Source: Octopus sinensis (Eukaryota). Taken from it: a DNA stretch of 64,000 nt. Below, one piece after another: positions 23,323 to 36,866 of this stretch. The notes beneath the pieces are model-generated. The model searched no databases and was not told the DNA's origin. It saw only the letters and a program-made list of their open reading frames with translations. The position numbers were made by a program, and so were the translations under genes. Within the stretch, counting starts at the first letter, position 1. Every line of letters begins with the position of its first letter. Location: contig NC_043012.1 in the NCBI RefSeq assembly GCF_006345805.1, forward strand, positions 13,516,001-13,580,000. The letters run 5' to 3'.

Positions 23323-26118
23323 TAGTAACGACAGAAACCAATAATGGGAAAATAATACAAATATAGATAATATTATCGTAATGACTTTCGTTTACGGAAT
23401 GCAATCGAAATTTTTAGATCAATGTTTAGATGTGAATCTGTAATCTTTCAGGTAAATCACAATCAATCAACAATGAATTAGATATCTATATTCTGCTATC
23501 GTTTGTTTATGTTGAGTTATAACTGGTCACTTAATTTGATAAACACGGGAAACAATGTTTCTTTCAGTCGTTATGCAGCACAACATATATGAATCTTTCG
23601 GAACGAACTTTTGATGAATAAAGATATAACAGTTTTTAATGAGATTTACTGAGAACAAACGCAAAAAAATTCAAATACAATATATTTTATGTCACATCAA
23701 TCAAAGTTTACATCAATTTAGAAAAACAATAGGTAAATAGTTAATACAAAGGAAATGCAAAATTAATTGTTACAAATTCTATATCAATTTCAAAATTATT
23801 ATTTTACAATAATGTTTATATTTAGTTTAAATTTCAAGCTTGTGTACAATATGTGTGAATAAACATAATTGAAGAAAAATGTATAAATTTTTGCTCACAT
23901 AATTACTTTACAATTTCATAGATACTGACAAAATCGCCTGTATGGAGCTTTACCACTGAGTGTTACTGGTCACGTAAATACTGAAACAAGACCAGCAAGT
24001 TCGTGTTGGAGGGTAAGTCGATTACATCCATCCCGGTGTTCACCTCGTACTCATGATAACGATCCCAAATAATGTAATATAGATTCAGATAGTAAAGATG
24101 AACGAAATACAACTAAGCATTTTATCTGGCATGTTAAAGATTGTGCCAGCTAACCGGCTTCAAATCACATAGTATTCAATATACCAAAGTTAATAATGCC
24201 TCAAAGTACATATACAAAAGATGCACATTTATGCACAGTTGGAAATAATCCTATATCTTCAAATTAGATCTCGCATTTTGCAAATAAATGCTTTCATTAC
24301 GGCGTGGACTCAAGAATTTCTCCTGAATCATGGTATTGTTATTGTTTTCGCTGTCACTTTCATTGTTTTGTTATTAATTTTACTGTTTTGCATTCGAAGT
24401 ACTATCATTAAGAATGTTTAAAAGAAAGGAAACGTACTCAAGTTGTTAGCAATCGTTCTTTTTTAATAGTATATAATAATTGTGTACTTAATTCTGGATC
24501 GTTATGCCTTTTTTTCTTTATGAAGAGAGATAAAGTACAATATTGTAAAATTAGGAATTGTATTGGTAGTAGATAATTCCAACAATCATTTGAAGGTTAC
24601 ATTGGTGGTGATGTTGCAACACCCCTGATAGATTTAGAATGATTCTGTTCTACTCATCTACAATTTCCCATAAGTTGATATTCGAACTTTTACAAGCAGG
24701 ACATCCAAGGTCTCATGTATTTGTTATGAGATTTTGTATACATTCAGTAATGTAAAAAATGTGATTCAAAGAGTTAAAACTTCATGCTATATTGCGCGTG
24801 TAGATCTTGTGATACATAAAATAGATATTGATGGTGTACTCAGTAATTTCGTGTAAAATATGAATAAATTTTGGGGATCATTAAAAGGAATAGCATTCCT
24901 GAAGATTTAAATTTTACTGATGTGGATAGTATAAGAATTTGCCTATTTCTTCAAACAATATTTAGATGAGAAATCGAACTGTCATAGAGGTGTTAGTCAA
25001 TTTATGTGCCATGTAAAATCTAAACTTGGTAATTCAATTAGAAAATATATCTCATCCACAATATAATTCCAGTATTTAATTTACAACGTACTCGTTTTCA
25101 CAGAAGAGGAAGATATTAATTCATCAATACAGGCTGTTAAAAATCGGTATGCGAAATTCATGAGATAAATTATACGCTTTAATCCAATAAAAATCGTGAT
25201 TTTTAACTGACAGTGAGCAATTAATTTCTAATGCAATTCGCATATATTAGCGGGCAGATTCGTAAAGAAATTACTTCATGTCAATGTGAAAATCATTTTC
25301 ACATTGAATTTGGTGTATGTGTGTTTATTGCGAAGTACGTGCCAAGTACCTGGGCTGCAAATATACCTAAGGAATTCCGAAATGTTCCCAACTGCTAAAG
25401 GACAGTAGAGAGCCACGTGTTTCTCGTGGATTACTTAAAGATTTTAATGAAACATTAATCGCAAATATTCTCATACTACGAAAAAAGAATTTCTTGCAAA
25501 TGCAAAGGGAATATAAGAAATTAAGTGAACACATTACAAAATATCTTTAACACTGAGAACTGATAATTATTGAAATAGACTCTACATTTAACGGGTGTCA
25601 ACAAACAAAATGACCAACAATAAAAACTTATATCACCAAATTTGTGAGATTTTTAGTGCATTCTCCACACGATCAAATTTTCTGAAGTTTTAAGCTCAAA
25701 TGCAATAAAATGGTAAACTGGTGTGTTCAATGGTTAGCATATTTGCAAGGTTTATTTTTTGTTTCAGTTAACACCTGTTCAATAATTTCTTTCGATTTTT
25801 GAGAATTGTGTGTTTTGTAATTTAGCGAAACAGAATTTTCAAGTCTGTAGTTGGACAATATTCTGTGATCCAAGACGAGAATTTTAGAATTTATTAAGAA
25901 GTGCGCAAAACAATGGAAACTGTAATTTCACGTGTTTATTAAATATATGAGGTGATGACGAAATACTCAAACATTCGTACCAATAGTACTTAATTAGACG
26001 ATATGTGATTACTGCTATAATCTAAATGTGAGTTGGTCCTTCAGTTCATCTCGTGCAGAATAGATGTAATGAGATATATTCCAAATTTACCTCTCATTTA
26101 TGATTACTAAACAGAGCT

Positions 26119-27246
26119 TTATAAGGAAATAAAGATATAGAGTACAAGGAACAAAACTGTTGCTGCCAAAAATATCTTGTCTAGCTGTATATATGTTATT
26201 CGACGTTTCTTAGAAGTCAGTTTATCTTTCGACTCAATATTTGGTTCATCTGTGTTTCCTATTATCCCGATTTTATTTTTCGTTCCGTTTGATTCATTAA
26301 CGTTTTCTGAATTGGTGTTGGCACCGGTCTGGTGGACGTACAGTTTACACACAATCACTGAGCCGACAGAAGAAAGTCCGCTTACGAGTGTCAGAATTAA
26401 TAGATATATTAAATATATAGAAGGTTCACGCGAATTGTTACCCAGTTTTTTCTCAGTTTCAGAAAGATAAACAATATTTGCGAGAAAAACAGTAATTGCA
26501 ACAGAAACTTTCTCTCCAGATTCAGCTGGCAATAGAAAGACAGATATGATTAATAATGTTAACATAATTGGGGGTATAATGGTGGTTATGGTTGCACTAG
26601 AAATGTTTCTTTTGCTGTGAACAATAACACCGGCTGTTATGATGCCGTCTTTTGTGATACCCTTGTCATTAAAACTGTACTGCCATTGAGTGGATGCTGG
26701 ATTATATGTCACATTGTACACGAAATTATTTAAAGTTTCTTCCGTGTTAAGCTGGTGTCGAAAGCAAACAGATATTTCACAATTGTGTTCATCAAAAGGA
26801 TATTTTTCAACGTTAATATCGCAGTAAGTATTGAAAATTCTGTCTATATAGAGAGACGTATTTCCATTGCTTGTTAGCGTGACTCCTGTATCTCCATCAA
26901 ATGTGAATTTGCCTGTAGCGCTATTACATATTTGTACGTTAGGGTACCACACTTTCTCTAATTGAGTTTTAATATAGCTTACGTTTTCTTTTTCTTCTTC
27001 CCAGTTAAGATTAGCATCATACCACGATAATCCAAGTATCAGATTACTTGTCATTAATCCTTTTGCAATTTCAAATTCAAGAATGTTCTTTATTTCCAGT
27101 GATACATCTACGTATATTACATCGTCATCATTTAAAACGGGTCTCTGAGACTTCTCATAGCCTCTAAATATCTTGTTCTCTAAGTCCTTCTTTTTTGAAG
27201 CAACTACTCCGATGAGCATTAAAGTTAAACCAAAGATTAATTTCAT
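26119..27246 (-). CDS. Chemotactile-receptor-like Cys-loop channel subunit, copy F (375 aa from ATG, single coding exon)
   Basis: Same architecture as copy A (YCDINVEKYPFDEHNC Cys-loop, ESGEKVSVAITVFLAN M2, four TM segments). True ATG is at 27244-27246. A TTA-to-TAA change ends it 4 codons before the ancestral TAG at 26107-26109. Confidence 0.9.
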   Translation of the reverse strand: MKLIFGLTLMLIGVVASKKKDLENKIFRGYEKSQRPVLNDDDVIYVDVSLEIKNILEFEIAKGLMTSNLILGLSWYDANLNWEEEKENVSYIKTQLEKVWYPNVQICNSATGKFTFDGDTGVTLTSNGNTSLYIDRIFNTYCDINVEKYPFDEHNCEISVCFRHQLNTEETLNNFVYNVTYNPASTQWQYSFNDKGITKDGIITAGVIVHSKRNISSATITTIIPPIMLTLLIISVFLLPAESGEKVSVAITVFLANIVYLSETEKKLGNNSREPSIYLIYLLILTLVSGLSSVGSVIVCKLYVHQTGANTNSENVNESNGTKNKIGIIGNTDEPNIESKDKLTSKKRRITYIQLDKIFLAATVLFLVLYIFISL

Positions 27247-28271
27247 TATGTTCAATAAACAGCGAAATTATTACTTCAAAATGTTTCCTGATCTCTTTCA
27301 CGTTCAATATGTTTATGGTTTTGGCAATGTTTCTGCGTATTAGAAATATACGTGTAACCTGTTTATATGTATTTTTTGTTTCTGCTTATCTTTGTTCTTA
27401 TGTGTGCATATATATCGCAAGTATTCTATTTATGACTGTGTAAATTTTGAGAAAGAAAAAATATATGTAATTGCATTTAAATATGAACCGTCTGAAATAC
27501 CTTATGTTTATCTTGTGGAAGATAATCAAGTGAAATCTTGATCACAACTACAATGGACTATACCGTGAGTGGCATTAGTGAACAATCTATCTCCAGTTCA
27601 AAGTCGCAACGTAGTAATATGTGATGATATCGAAGGTATTTATACTAAGATCTTACTCATTTATATATGCTGTGATCTTCTATTCTCCTTCAGTCTCTTT
27701 CTGTTTTTCCTTTTTGCTTATTATCCTTTGGGTATCTATTTATGTGTCTATATAATTCATAGTTTATTTCCAACCAGAACTACTTGATATATTACAGAAC
27801 TACAATAAGTCAATATTTTTTGATACAATAAACATATTATTTCATAATGTTTAGTTTTGTTTGTAAAGAATATATTGCGGGTAACAGATATTAATTTTAG
27901 ATTTCCCATTAGAATATTGTCAGTGGATATGGTGAAATACTGAGATCATATTGTCAACAGGAAATTAATGACCCTCTTTGATGTGTATTGATGAAACTTA
28001 TGATCAATAATCACAACCACGAAGGTGTCGTTAGCGGGTTTGCTTTGGAACATTGGAGCTTTGTACTTGATTCCTATGGGTTAGTTGCCTAAGAATATTA
28101 TGACTTTTGGTAAGTATTCTACGTGGAATTAAAAGAATGCGCTTGTATATGTCTGTGTGTACACGCGCTTGCACGTGTGTGTACATATCTATGTAAGTGT
28201 ATGTGTATGCAGGTGGACGTGTCCAGGTTCATTTCTGTAATATATAATAATATACAAGCATGTATATATGC

Positions 28272-28307
<36 letters not shown>

Positions 28308-28314
28308 TTATATA

Positions 28315-28712
28315 ATATTATATTAAATTAGAGACAAAACCACTATTAGGCAAATCGAATTTGTATTGGCTTAAGTCTTTCATTGTTTGATTTGCCTAAT
28401 AGTGGTTTTGTCTCTAATTTAATATAATATAATATTTTACTATAAAATTGGATTCAATCCTAAATCTGATTTTTCCCTGTAAGTTTGGTTTATTCCCTAA
28501 TATTTATTATATATTTATATATATATATATATATATAATATTAGGGAGTAGATCCAAACTTAAGGAAAAATTAGATTTAGGATTAAATCCAATTTCACAG
28601 TATTTTATATTTTATATATTTTCTATATTGTATTAATTAGATTTATATTTATGTTTTGGTTTATGTTTTTCATCTTTGATTTGCCTAATAGTGGTTTTAT
28701 CTCTAATTTAAT
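28315..28712. mobile_element. MITE-like fold-back insert in a (TA)n tract
   Basis: Perfect 42-bp inverted repeat (28315-28356 / 28389-28430), a third arm copy at 28678-28712, and an internal 32-bp inverted pair (28445-28476 / 28564-28595). Absent from the paralogous site at about 19660-19735. Confidence 0.65.
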
Positions 28713-29239
28713 TTATATATATATATATAATATATATATATATAGAGAGAGAGAGCGAGAGAGAGAGAAAGAGAAAGAGAGAGAGAGGAATGCCTTAAAA
28801 GTGTCAATTTTTATATACTGTTAAAATATAAAAGCTCTCATGAGTTGATGAAAGACTGTTTATTATTGATTTTTTAATTATCTGCTTTGTTATTTAATGA
28901 ATATTCTTAGACAACAGGAAAGGGAATTTCGTCATTCGCTCCCTCTCCCTTCTTGGGTATACGGGATATTATTTTTATACGCCACTTCGGAATTTACAAT
29001 AAATAAATGAAAGTTTTGAGGGTGACAAATTTTTATCGGATTAATGTAACACTTTTCTTTTTATTGGTTGCGGTTCATAGCTGTCGCCATGCTGGGACAC
29101 TGAAATTTTGCTACAATGTTATTATTGAGAGCATCAGCTGATTTGTGAAGTTGGTGAATAAATGATTTTTGACTTTGCTGCTCTCATTTGCACTTCCTGC
29201 TGTGAGGTAGGTCCATAACACACACGCACACACACACAC

Positions 29240-29281
<42 letters not shown>

Positions 29282-30669
29282 TATATATATATATATATAT
29301 ATATGGTTACATGAAATCACCAACTCTGTAAACAACATAAAATCCGTAGACTAAGAGAGTTAAATACGCAAACAACGAGAGAAAAAATTGGAAAACACGA
29401 CACATAAACACAGAGAAACGTCACTTCGTCAGTTGTCGGCTGTCTCTCTACTCCTCCTTTTGAGCTTTCAACAACAACAGAAGTCTCCCAAATATAGTTG
29501 CTCACGTAAATTCTAAATGAAATTCAGGATTTATGTAGGGTTAAAGTTAGGAACAGAAACAGAAAAGGGGAGACATACAAGGAAACCGAACGAAAACAGA
29601 CATGATGGTTTGTTAGACGAGAATGAGAAGAAAATAGTGAACGCCGGGTGAACTATTTTCTTTGAAAATAGAAATGTGAAAAGATAGAAGAGAGAGCAAA
29701 ATGTCCAGTCCTTTGAACGTCACAAAGCGAAACAATATCTAGACAAAAATCAATCGATAATTTTACAACTTTTGCTGAGATTTTTCAAGAGTAACCACTG
29801 TAGTTTTGCTCAGAGAGCAACACTAAATATGTTGCTAGCTTTCCACCGCAGATGAATATTAATTACCTTAGGCACTATTATGCCCTGAGCTCTGGTATTG
29901 ATATAGTAACGATAAACGACTTCCTCTTTCACACATCTGATCAGCTGCCATATTGGGTAAACATAGTGCGGTTTTTAGTACTACGTAAAATGTGTTACAT
30001 TTAATGCAACTAACTCTTTTAACCCATTAGTTGTATTAGCGACGAATCATTTGCCATCACCCAATGAGATGCTCTCACTCACCATTTCAATGTATAAAAA
30101 TTAAACACCATTGCCAGCACATTGCAAGTCATATGCGTTCTCTGCGTTTCCAAAACGATGTAGATGTTTGTATCTAGGTGACTCCATAAGAAGCATTCCC
30201 AGTGTGACAAGCTACTATGTTTCATTGTCCTAAACTATCCCTATTCCTTTTTACTTCTAATTGCTTTAACAATGCACAAAACTAATTCACACCATATTAC
30301 AACATTTTATCTCTCCTGTTTTATTTCCAAATGCATTCAGGTGCCAAATGTAGTAAATATTTTCTATTTATGTCCAGAAGCTGATCTATCCAAATGGATT
30401 TATTGCAGCCATCATTGAGATGTACTCGTTCAAATTACCCAATATCTTCTACTTCATATTTCTGCGACTGTATAAACTAAAGTAACTTACTAAACATGCG
30501 AGAATACCTCACACTAAGCACAAAGGCTATACAAATGTTTTAAGTATTGCATACATGCTACTCTGACACGTATATAACACGTGACTGAAGCAATTTAAGT
30601 TCTAGAGGGTACCCGCTGAGGTTGGTAGTATCATGGCAGTTACTACGCTGATACGTTGTATATAATATG

Positions 30670-31620
30670 AAAGAACATGCAACGTAAGCTTTACGAGTTC
30701 GAAACTGTCCATAACATTGCGGAAGCAACTAAAAACATTTGTTATGCGAAAAATCAGATTGCATTTGATCAGGGTATATTTACCAGGTCGTTCAAACAAT
30801 TTCACTCGGGTTGCACAAACCTCGACGATCAGGTAAGAGTAAAACTGAAGTTTTTTAGGCTGTGCTCCAAGCCATAGAAGCAAATTCATCAGAAAACACT
30901 CGGAGAATGTCACGTGAGGTCCACACGTCAGAGATCAGTGGGGTGGTTCGTCACATACATGACCTCAGCAAAAGCATTCGGAGCTACCGTATTCTACTTT
31001 AGAAACTAATTCTAACTGAAGCACACAGGCCAGTGGATGGTTGCAAAGAACTCCGGGAAAACCCAAGTTATCTACGTTTCCTCATACGAGGAATAACGTG
31101 CGAGGAAAAGTAAACATTTTCCTTCAATCCTAGAGTTCATAAGCAGCGGTTAAGCAAGGGCCAGCTTCCGGAATCTGTTGCCAAATATGGCCGTTTCAAA
31201 CAAAAGGTGATGATCTGCATCTTGTAGAATTATGAGAAGATAATTCACTACGATTTCAGTCAGAACAGTCGAATTATCGACTCCAACCTTTACTCAGAAC
31301 AACTGGAGATGACGTATGGCTTGTGCAATAAGGACGCCTGCCTTGAGTAAACGGAAAGCAACTTCTTTTGCAGCATGAGGACACAATACTATATTCACGC
31401 AAACGACACGGAATAAAGTGCAGAACTTGAGGGACTAGATCCTCGGCTCATTATTTGTTCCGATTCTTGGATCACTCCCTGTTCTCGCAACCCGTCATCA
31501 ACCAAGAAGAGAGAGAAACTTCAGTAAAATGGTTATTTGCCCCGAAGGAGAAGAACTGTTATTGGTGTGGCAGAAAGGTGGCTTCAGATAATGCAAAACG
31601 TTTTCATCTACTTTAAATGC
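30670..31620 (+). mobile_element. Highly degenerate mariner (DD34D-type) transposase relic
   Basis: LYEFETVHNIAEATKNIC...FKQFHSGCTNLDDQ resembles the Mos1/SETMAR-type HTH. Downstream remnants KVMICI...IIHYD and LYSEQL. Confidence 0.7.
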
Positions 31621-32764
31621 TAGACTTGAAGAATAGATACCTTGGCGAAAAAAGTAATTAATTTACCTAAAATATTGCAAAATGTTCGACTCAGTCTTGT
31701 CGAACAATAAGAACTTTTAGCAACACAACAACAAATCTGTCCACAATAATGCAAGCCCACGCTAAAAATTCGTCTTATTACCTACGAATTCGTTTCTTAA
31801 TCGAATTCGTAATCTTTATAATCGACGGTTAAGTTTCATTTTATCAAACGTATCTTCACATATCGACAGTCTCCCGTTATTGAGGAGAAGCTAAGACAAT
31901 CAATTGAGATTTATCAATCCGCAGGAGGTTTTGTAGAAGTGTTATAAAATTCATTTGAATAAGTAAAAATATAACGCTTAGGGATTTCCTCTTTCGCTTA
32001 CATAGAACAAAACACCAACATCCCTTCTATCTCCATACTTCACTGTCAGCGATAACTTAAGTCATTTAATCTCAACAAACTGTCTAATGGACTAATTGTT
32101 GCCGACACGAATAATCAATAGTTTACTGACATTCGGGATTTTGTCATTATGTTTTTAATGCACTAGATCGCCAATAAATCAACTACTCTATTCAGATCAT
32201 CAAAAACTATACAACTACCCCTCTGTCTCTATCAATTTCTCTTAATGTTATTGAAGTTCTATTTGTTGGTGCAGAAAATGAATACATTCATTGGGTTTTA
32301 GTGATGTTTCATTTATTTTGAAAGAAATATATAGCTATGTGATTGAAACGGAGGACTCTGGAAACAAGACCTCAATGTACTTCGATTACTTGAGTTAACT
32401 TCGTCAAGGTATTCAGTGGAAATGGTATATTAGTTTGCATTCATCAGTATGTTACTATGCATTCACCAATATATATTCATATGCATTCATTTCTTGCTTT
32501 AAAATGTTTCTGATATTATACGTGGCAAAAATATATATTGAACATGTCACGGCACGCTCCTTAAGCATAACACACATGCACGCACATATGCACACGTACG
32601 CATACATACATCCAAATACATAGACCTACGGATAGACGCATAGACAGGCAGACAGAGAAGTAGGCAGACGGATAGACAAGCACAGACATATACACACATA
32701 CAAATCGACAGACGCACAGACAGACAGACAGTCATAAAGACAAACAGATAGGCAGACAGACAGA

Positions 32765-32776
32765 CAGATAGATAGG

Positions 32777-32840
<64 letters not shown>

Positions 32841-32896
32841 AGATAGACAGGTAGATAGGTAGGTAGATAGATAGATAGACAGGTAGATAGATAGAT

Positions 32897-32941
<45 letters not shown>

Positions 32942-33026
32942 CAGGTAAATAGATAGGTAGGTAGATAGATAGATACATAGATTGATAGATAGATAGAAGA
33001 TAGATAGATAGATAGATAGATAGATA
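32765..33026. repeat. (GATA)n array at the 3' end of the Tx1-like element
   Basis: Direct observation; reads (ATCT)n on the element strand immediately after AATAAAgaaacat. Confidence 0.95.
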
Positions 33027-33390
33027 TGTTTCTTTATTAGCCACACAGGGCTGCACACAGATAGAACAAATTACAAGGTAGAGCTTTTCTTTTGGGGTAA
33101 AAAAAAGAGAGTGGTGGTTTTCGATCAAAAGGGATCGTAAAAGGAAAGAAAAAAGGACAAAAAAAGGGAGGGGTTAAAAAAAGGGGGGGAGAGAAAAAAA
33201 TGAATAATAGGGATCGTTATCACAGAAATGTCAATATGAAGTGTAAAGGGGAGGACAGGTGAGGTTTACCCGTGGAAAGAAAAGCCTACGGAAAAGACCA
33301 CGGTAACCTCGGTCAATGAAGTCACATGTTATATTTCTTTTTCTTTTTTTTTTTTGCAAATAAGCAACTCTCTGTATTAATTTTTATGGT

Positions 33391-36300
33391 TCATAGGATC
33401 ATAGTCAAGGTGGCTTCGTCATTCATACGTGCCATCCTTGCTACATTCACCCATCTTTTTTTAAAACATTCACTAGACAAAACTTGCCTCTCTACTCTCA
33501 CTTTCCTCTTCAAGTGATACTTGAAGAAGTTGATGAGAGATTGACCAGAGAGGAAAGTGTTTGTCTCTAATCCTTTCAGGCGCGTCCACCAGATACATTC
33601 TTTCGCCATAGCCACAAGTATGATAAAAATAGCTCTTCCTTCCCGTTTGAAGGAAGGAGGCGTGACGATATTAACGATAGACTCGGCTGATAAACCGACA
33701 CGTCCCACACGTGACAGCAGTCGTTCGACATAAGCCCACAGGTGGGAAATTGCTGGACACTGCACGATTGCGTGCAGAGCGGTTTCGTCGCTCTGCCCGC
33801 ATCTCGGGCAGGTCGGCCCCGTGTTTCTCGAGCCATGCCTATAGAGCTTATCCCGAACGGGTAGCGCTTCTCGGTAGCACCGCCAGGCCAGGGATCTCTG
33901 GAAGTTGTCCATAGGTCCCGGGCCGAAAGTCGTTTGAAACAGGCGGGTCAGGTATTCCTCGTCGACGCCCAGGTTTGCCCCGAGCTCGTCGTCGTACCTC
34001 CCCTCCACTAATCCCCTATAGAATGCTTTGGTTGTGTTGAAGTCACTCAAGGTCGACCCGGGACGGCAGAGTTGCTTGAGAGCAACGCGACACTCGCGGT
34101 GTCATTCGCCCTTCCTCGGCCTCTTTTTGATCCACGACTGTAGTTCGGTCATGGAGACGAGTTGCGGGGATGCGTGCCTCACAAACGGCGACCACACCTG
34201 TTCACCGTCGTCTACATAGAGCCGGAGATGTCGCAGTCTCAGCGCGTGTCTGCGCATCATCAACCACGGCATGCCCAGCCCTCCTTTTAACGGGTGTTGA
34301 CAGCAAATGGATCGCCTGACCATCGGGACGCATCCTTTCCACAAGAAGCGTTCTAGTTTGGTGATGGTAGGGTCGGGACAAGGTACGACGGTCAGGCGGT
34401 AGTAGATGATGGACGCGATGTACGCGTTCGCCACCTCCGCCCGACCTTTTAGGGACAGTTTCCTCTCGGCCCATTGCTGGGCGAGAGTGACCACCCTACT
34501 CGTTATCTCGTTCCAGTTCTTCTCCATTTGGAGGTCCGGACCGAACCAGACCCCGAGCAACTCAACCGGGCCGTCTGTCCAGCGTCCCACGACGGAGGTA
34601 CTGGTGGACGGCATGGGCTTGCTTCTCCAGGTGCTGAGCCGCAAGCCCACTGACTTTTCCCGGTTGATTTTTGCTCCTGTCACTGCTTCGTAGTCTTTCA
34701 GTGTCTCGCCGACCCGCTCGATGTGCTCGTGGCTTGACACTATGACGGTGACGTCGTCCGCGTATGCAGACACGCTCGTCCCGCATCCCAATTCTCGCGG
34801 GATGCCCCTTAGAGTCGCCAGCTACCGCAGTAGTGGCTCAAGAGTCAATACGTATAGAAGCGCCGAGAGGGGGCATCCCTGACGGACCGAACGTGCAATG
34901 TCGAAAGGTCTCGATAGATGTCCATTTACACGAATTACCGAACGGATGCCTCTGCACAAGGCAGCTATCCAGCCGCGGAAGACGGGACCGAAACCAGCCG
35001 CTCTCAGGACTGCCTCCAAGTATCGATGGTCTACCCTATCAAAGGCTTTCGATTAATCCAAGTTGATCAGGGCCCCACCCATGCCAGGTTCGTTAACTAC
35101 CCTGTCTATGATGTAGCGCATCAGATGGAGGTTGTCATGGATGCTCCGGCCCGGCACGGCGCACGTTTGTGCGTTGTCGACCAGTTTCTCGATGACAAGC
35201 GCCAACCTCTTGGCTAACACCTTTGTCAAAATTTTCAGGTCTGCATTGAGCAGCGTGATTGGTCTAAAGTTATCTATAATGTTTCCCTTGTTTGGATCTT
35301 TCTTCAGCAGAGTTACAGCTCCTCGACTCACAAAACCGGGTATGCTCCCGTTTTGCTGCCAGTTGCAGTATACCGCTGCCAAGACGTCTCCAAACAAGTC
35401 TGGCATACAATTGTAAAACTCGTAGGGTAGACCATCCAATCCCGGTGATTTGTCCCTCGAGCATTCTGCTATCGCTTCCTGCACTTCCGCCGCCGTGATG
35501 GCACCTTCGCAGCACCCTGCCTTTCTTGTCGAGAGTCGTGGCAGGCTATGTAGGTAGGCACTGAAGTCCACCCTACGTTCTTGCCTTTCACTCGTCCCGA
35601 ACAGTCGGGCAAAATGCTGCTGAAAGGCCTCACACATTTTACTTGGCTCGAGCAATTCGCGCCCCTGTTCATCTACCAGTGACCGAATGGTGGCTTTGTT
35701 GCCCTGTTGCGCCTCTGCCACCCGGGCCTCTCTCGTGGCTCCAACACCTTCGTTCCTTAGAGCACGCATCCTAGCTCTGACAGCACATCCTTCGTGTTTG
35801 GCGTTGAAGTGTTGGTCGAGGGCCAACCTCGCCGCCAAAACGTCGGATGCGATGCCGCTTCTAATTGCCTCTTCTAGCTTCTTAACTAGCTCACCCTCTA
35901 CTCTATTTCTATCTATGGCTAGTGCTTTGCTGTACCTAATCGCTTCTGCTTTTACTGCTCTCTTGAGGGCAAACCACCATTTGTTGTTGATGATGGCTCC
36001 CGTCAAAGCCCTCTTTACTAGTGTGCTAATCCGGTCTCTGAAAACTTGTCTGGACGGGAATGATGCGTTCAGTTTCCAGTACCCAGGACCCTGTCTATGT
36101 GCCTTATCTAAGTCTAGCGTACACGTCACCAATTTGTGATCCGTGTAGCTGACTGTGTGGAATTGTGGACATCCTAAGTTATCCTTGTCTACTGTCCTAC
36201 ACAGTATCCTATCTAGATACGATCTCGACGACCCACTGCGGTTGCTCCATGTCCACGTTGGTGCATTTGGGTGGTCGAGTCGGTACCTGTCAGACAGTTG

Positions 36301-36816
36301 GAATCGTCTGAGCAGGTCTCTGAGGCATTTGCATCCCCTTCTGTTTCTGTCTCTACCCACGTAGTCTACATGCGTGTCCAAGGTAGCATTCCAATCCCCC
36401 ACTAAGAGTAAAGGACGAGACGTTCCCAAGAATACTTCTAGACGTCGAAAGAAATCCGCCCGACCTGTTAAGGGCGGTGCGTAGACTGATACGAGTCGAA
36501 AAGCGCACCCATTGCTGCCGTCAACATCCAGAACGACCAGTCTACCCTCCGGGTCTACGAATATCGTCTTGACTTCGAGATCCAGGCTCTTGTGAAAAAG
36601 TACCGCGGTGCCACTACCGCCCATCCTCGGCAGACAGGGAGCGAAATAAATGTTAAACTGTCCGCCAAACATGGACTTTAGGGCCCGTGGCTCGTGGAGT
36701 CTGGTCTCACTTATGGCTATGATTCCCAAATCATGTGACTTGATGTCATTTAGGAGGTATCCTTGTTTCCAAGGAGACCCCAAGCCACGCGCATTCACAC
36801 AACCAATCTTGACCAT
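33391..36816 (-). pseudogene. Tx1-like ORF2 (AP endonuclease + reverse transcriptase + zinc knuckle), one frame with three premature stops
   Basis: APE motifs NARGL, ISETR, GDWNA, SYLDRIL, TDH. RT motifs SPGLDGLPYEFY, FRPITLLNAD, LD*SKAFDRV, VRQGCPLS, YADD. C-terminal CPRCGQSDETALHAIVQC. Stops at 35053-35055 (TAA), 34822-34824 (TAG) and 34102-34104 (TGA); the four ORF-track pieces are all in the same frame. Confidence 0.93.
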
Positions 36817-36866
36817 GATTCTATTGGGGTGTGTGCTTTAAAACACAAAAATGAAAGTACAGAGAG

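Noticed and set aside
24221-24421. ORF with a hydrophobic, TM-like tail inside the conserved flank, and protein-looking stretches such as ELNSSIKAVKNQYAKFMRQIIRFN near 25100
   Set aside because: Paralogous flank copies carry stops and frameshifts at different positions and substitutions show no synonymous bias by eye. Similarity is explained by shared descent of AT-rich non-coding DNA. A tBLASTx hit would reopen this.
29900-30500. Faint hAT-like peptide hint (GNASY...)
   Set aside because: One short motif across frameshifts is not enough evidence.
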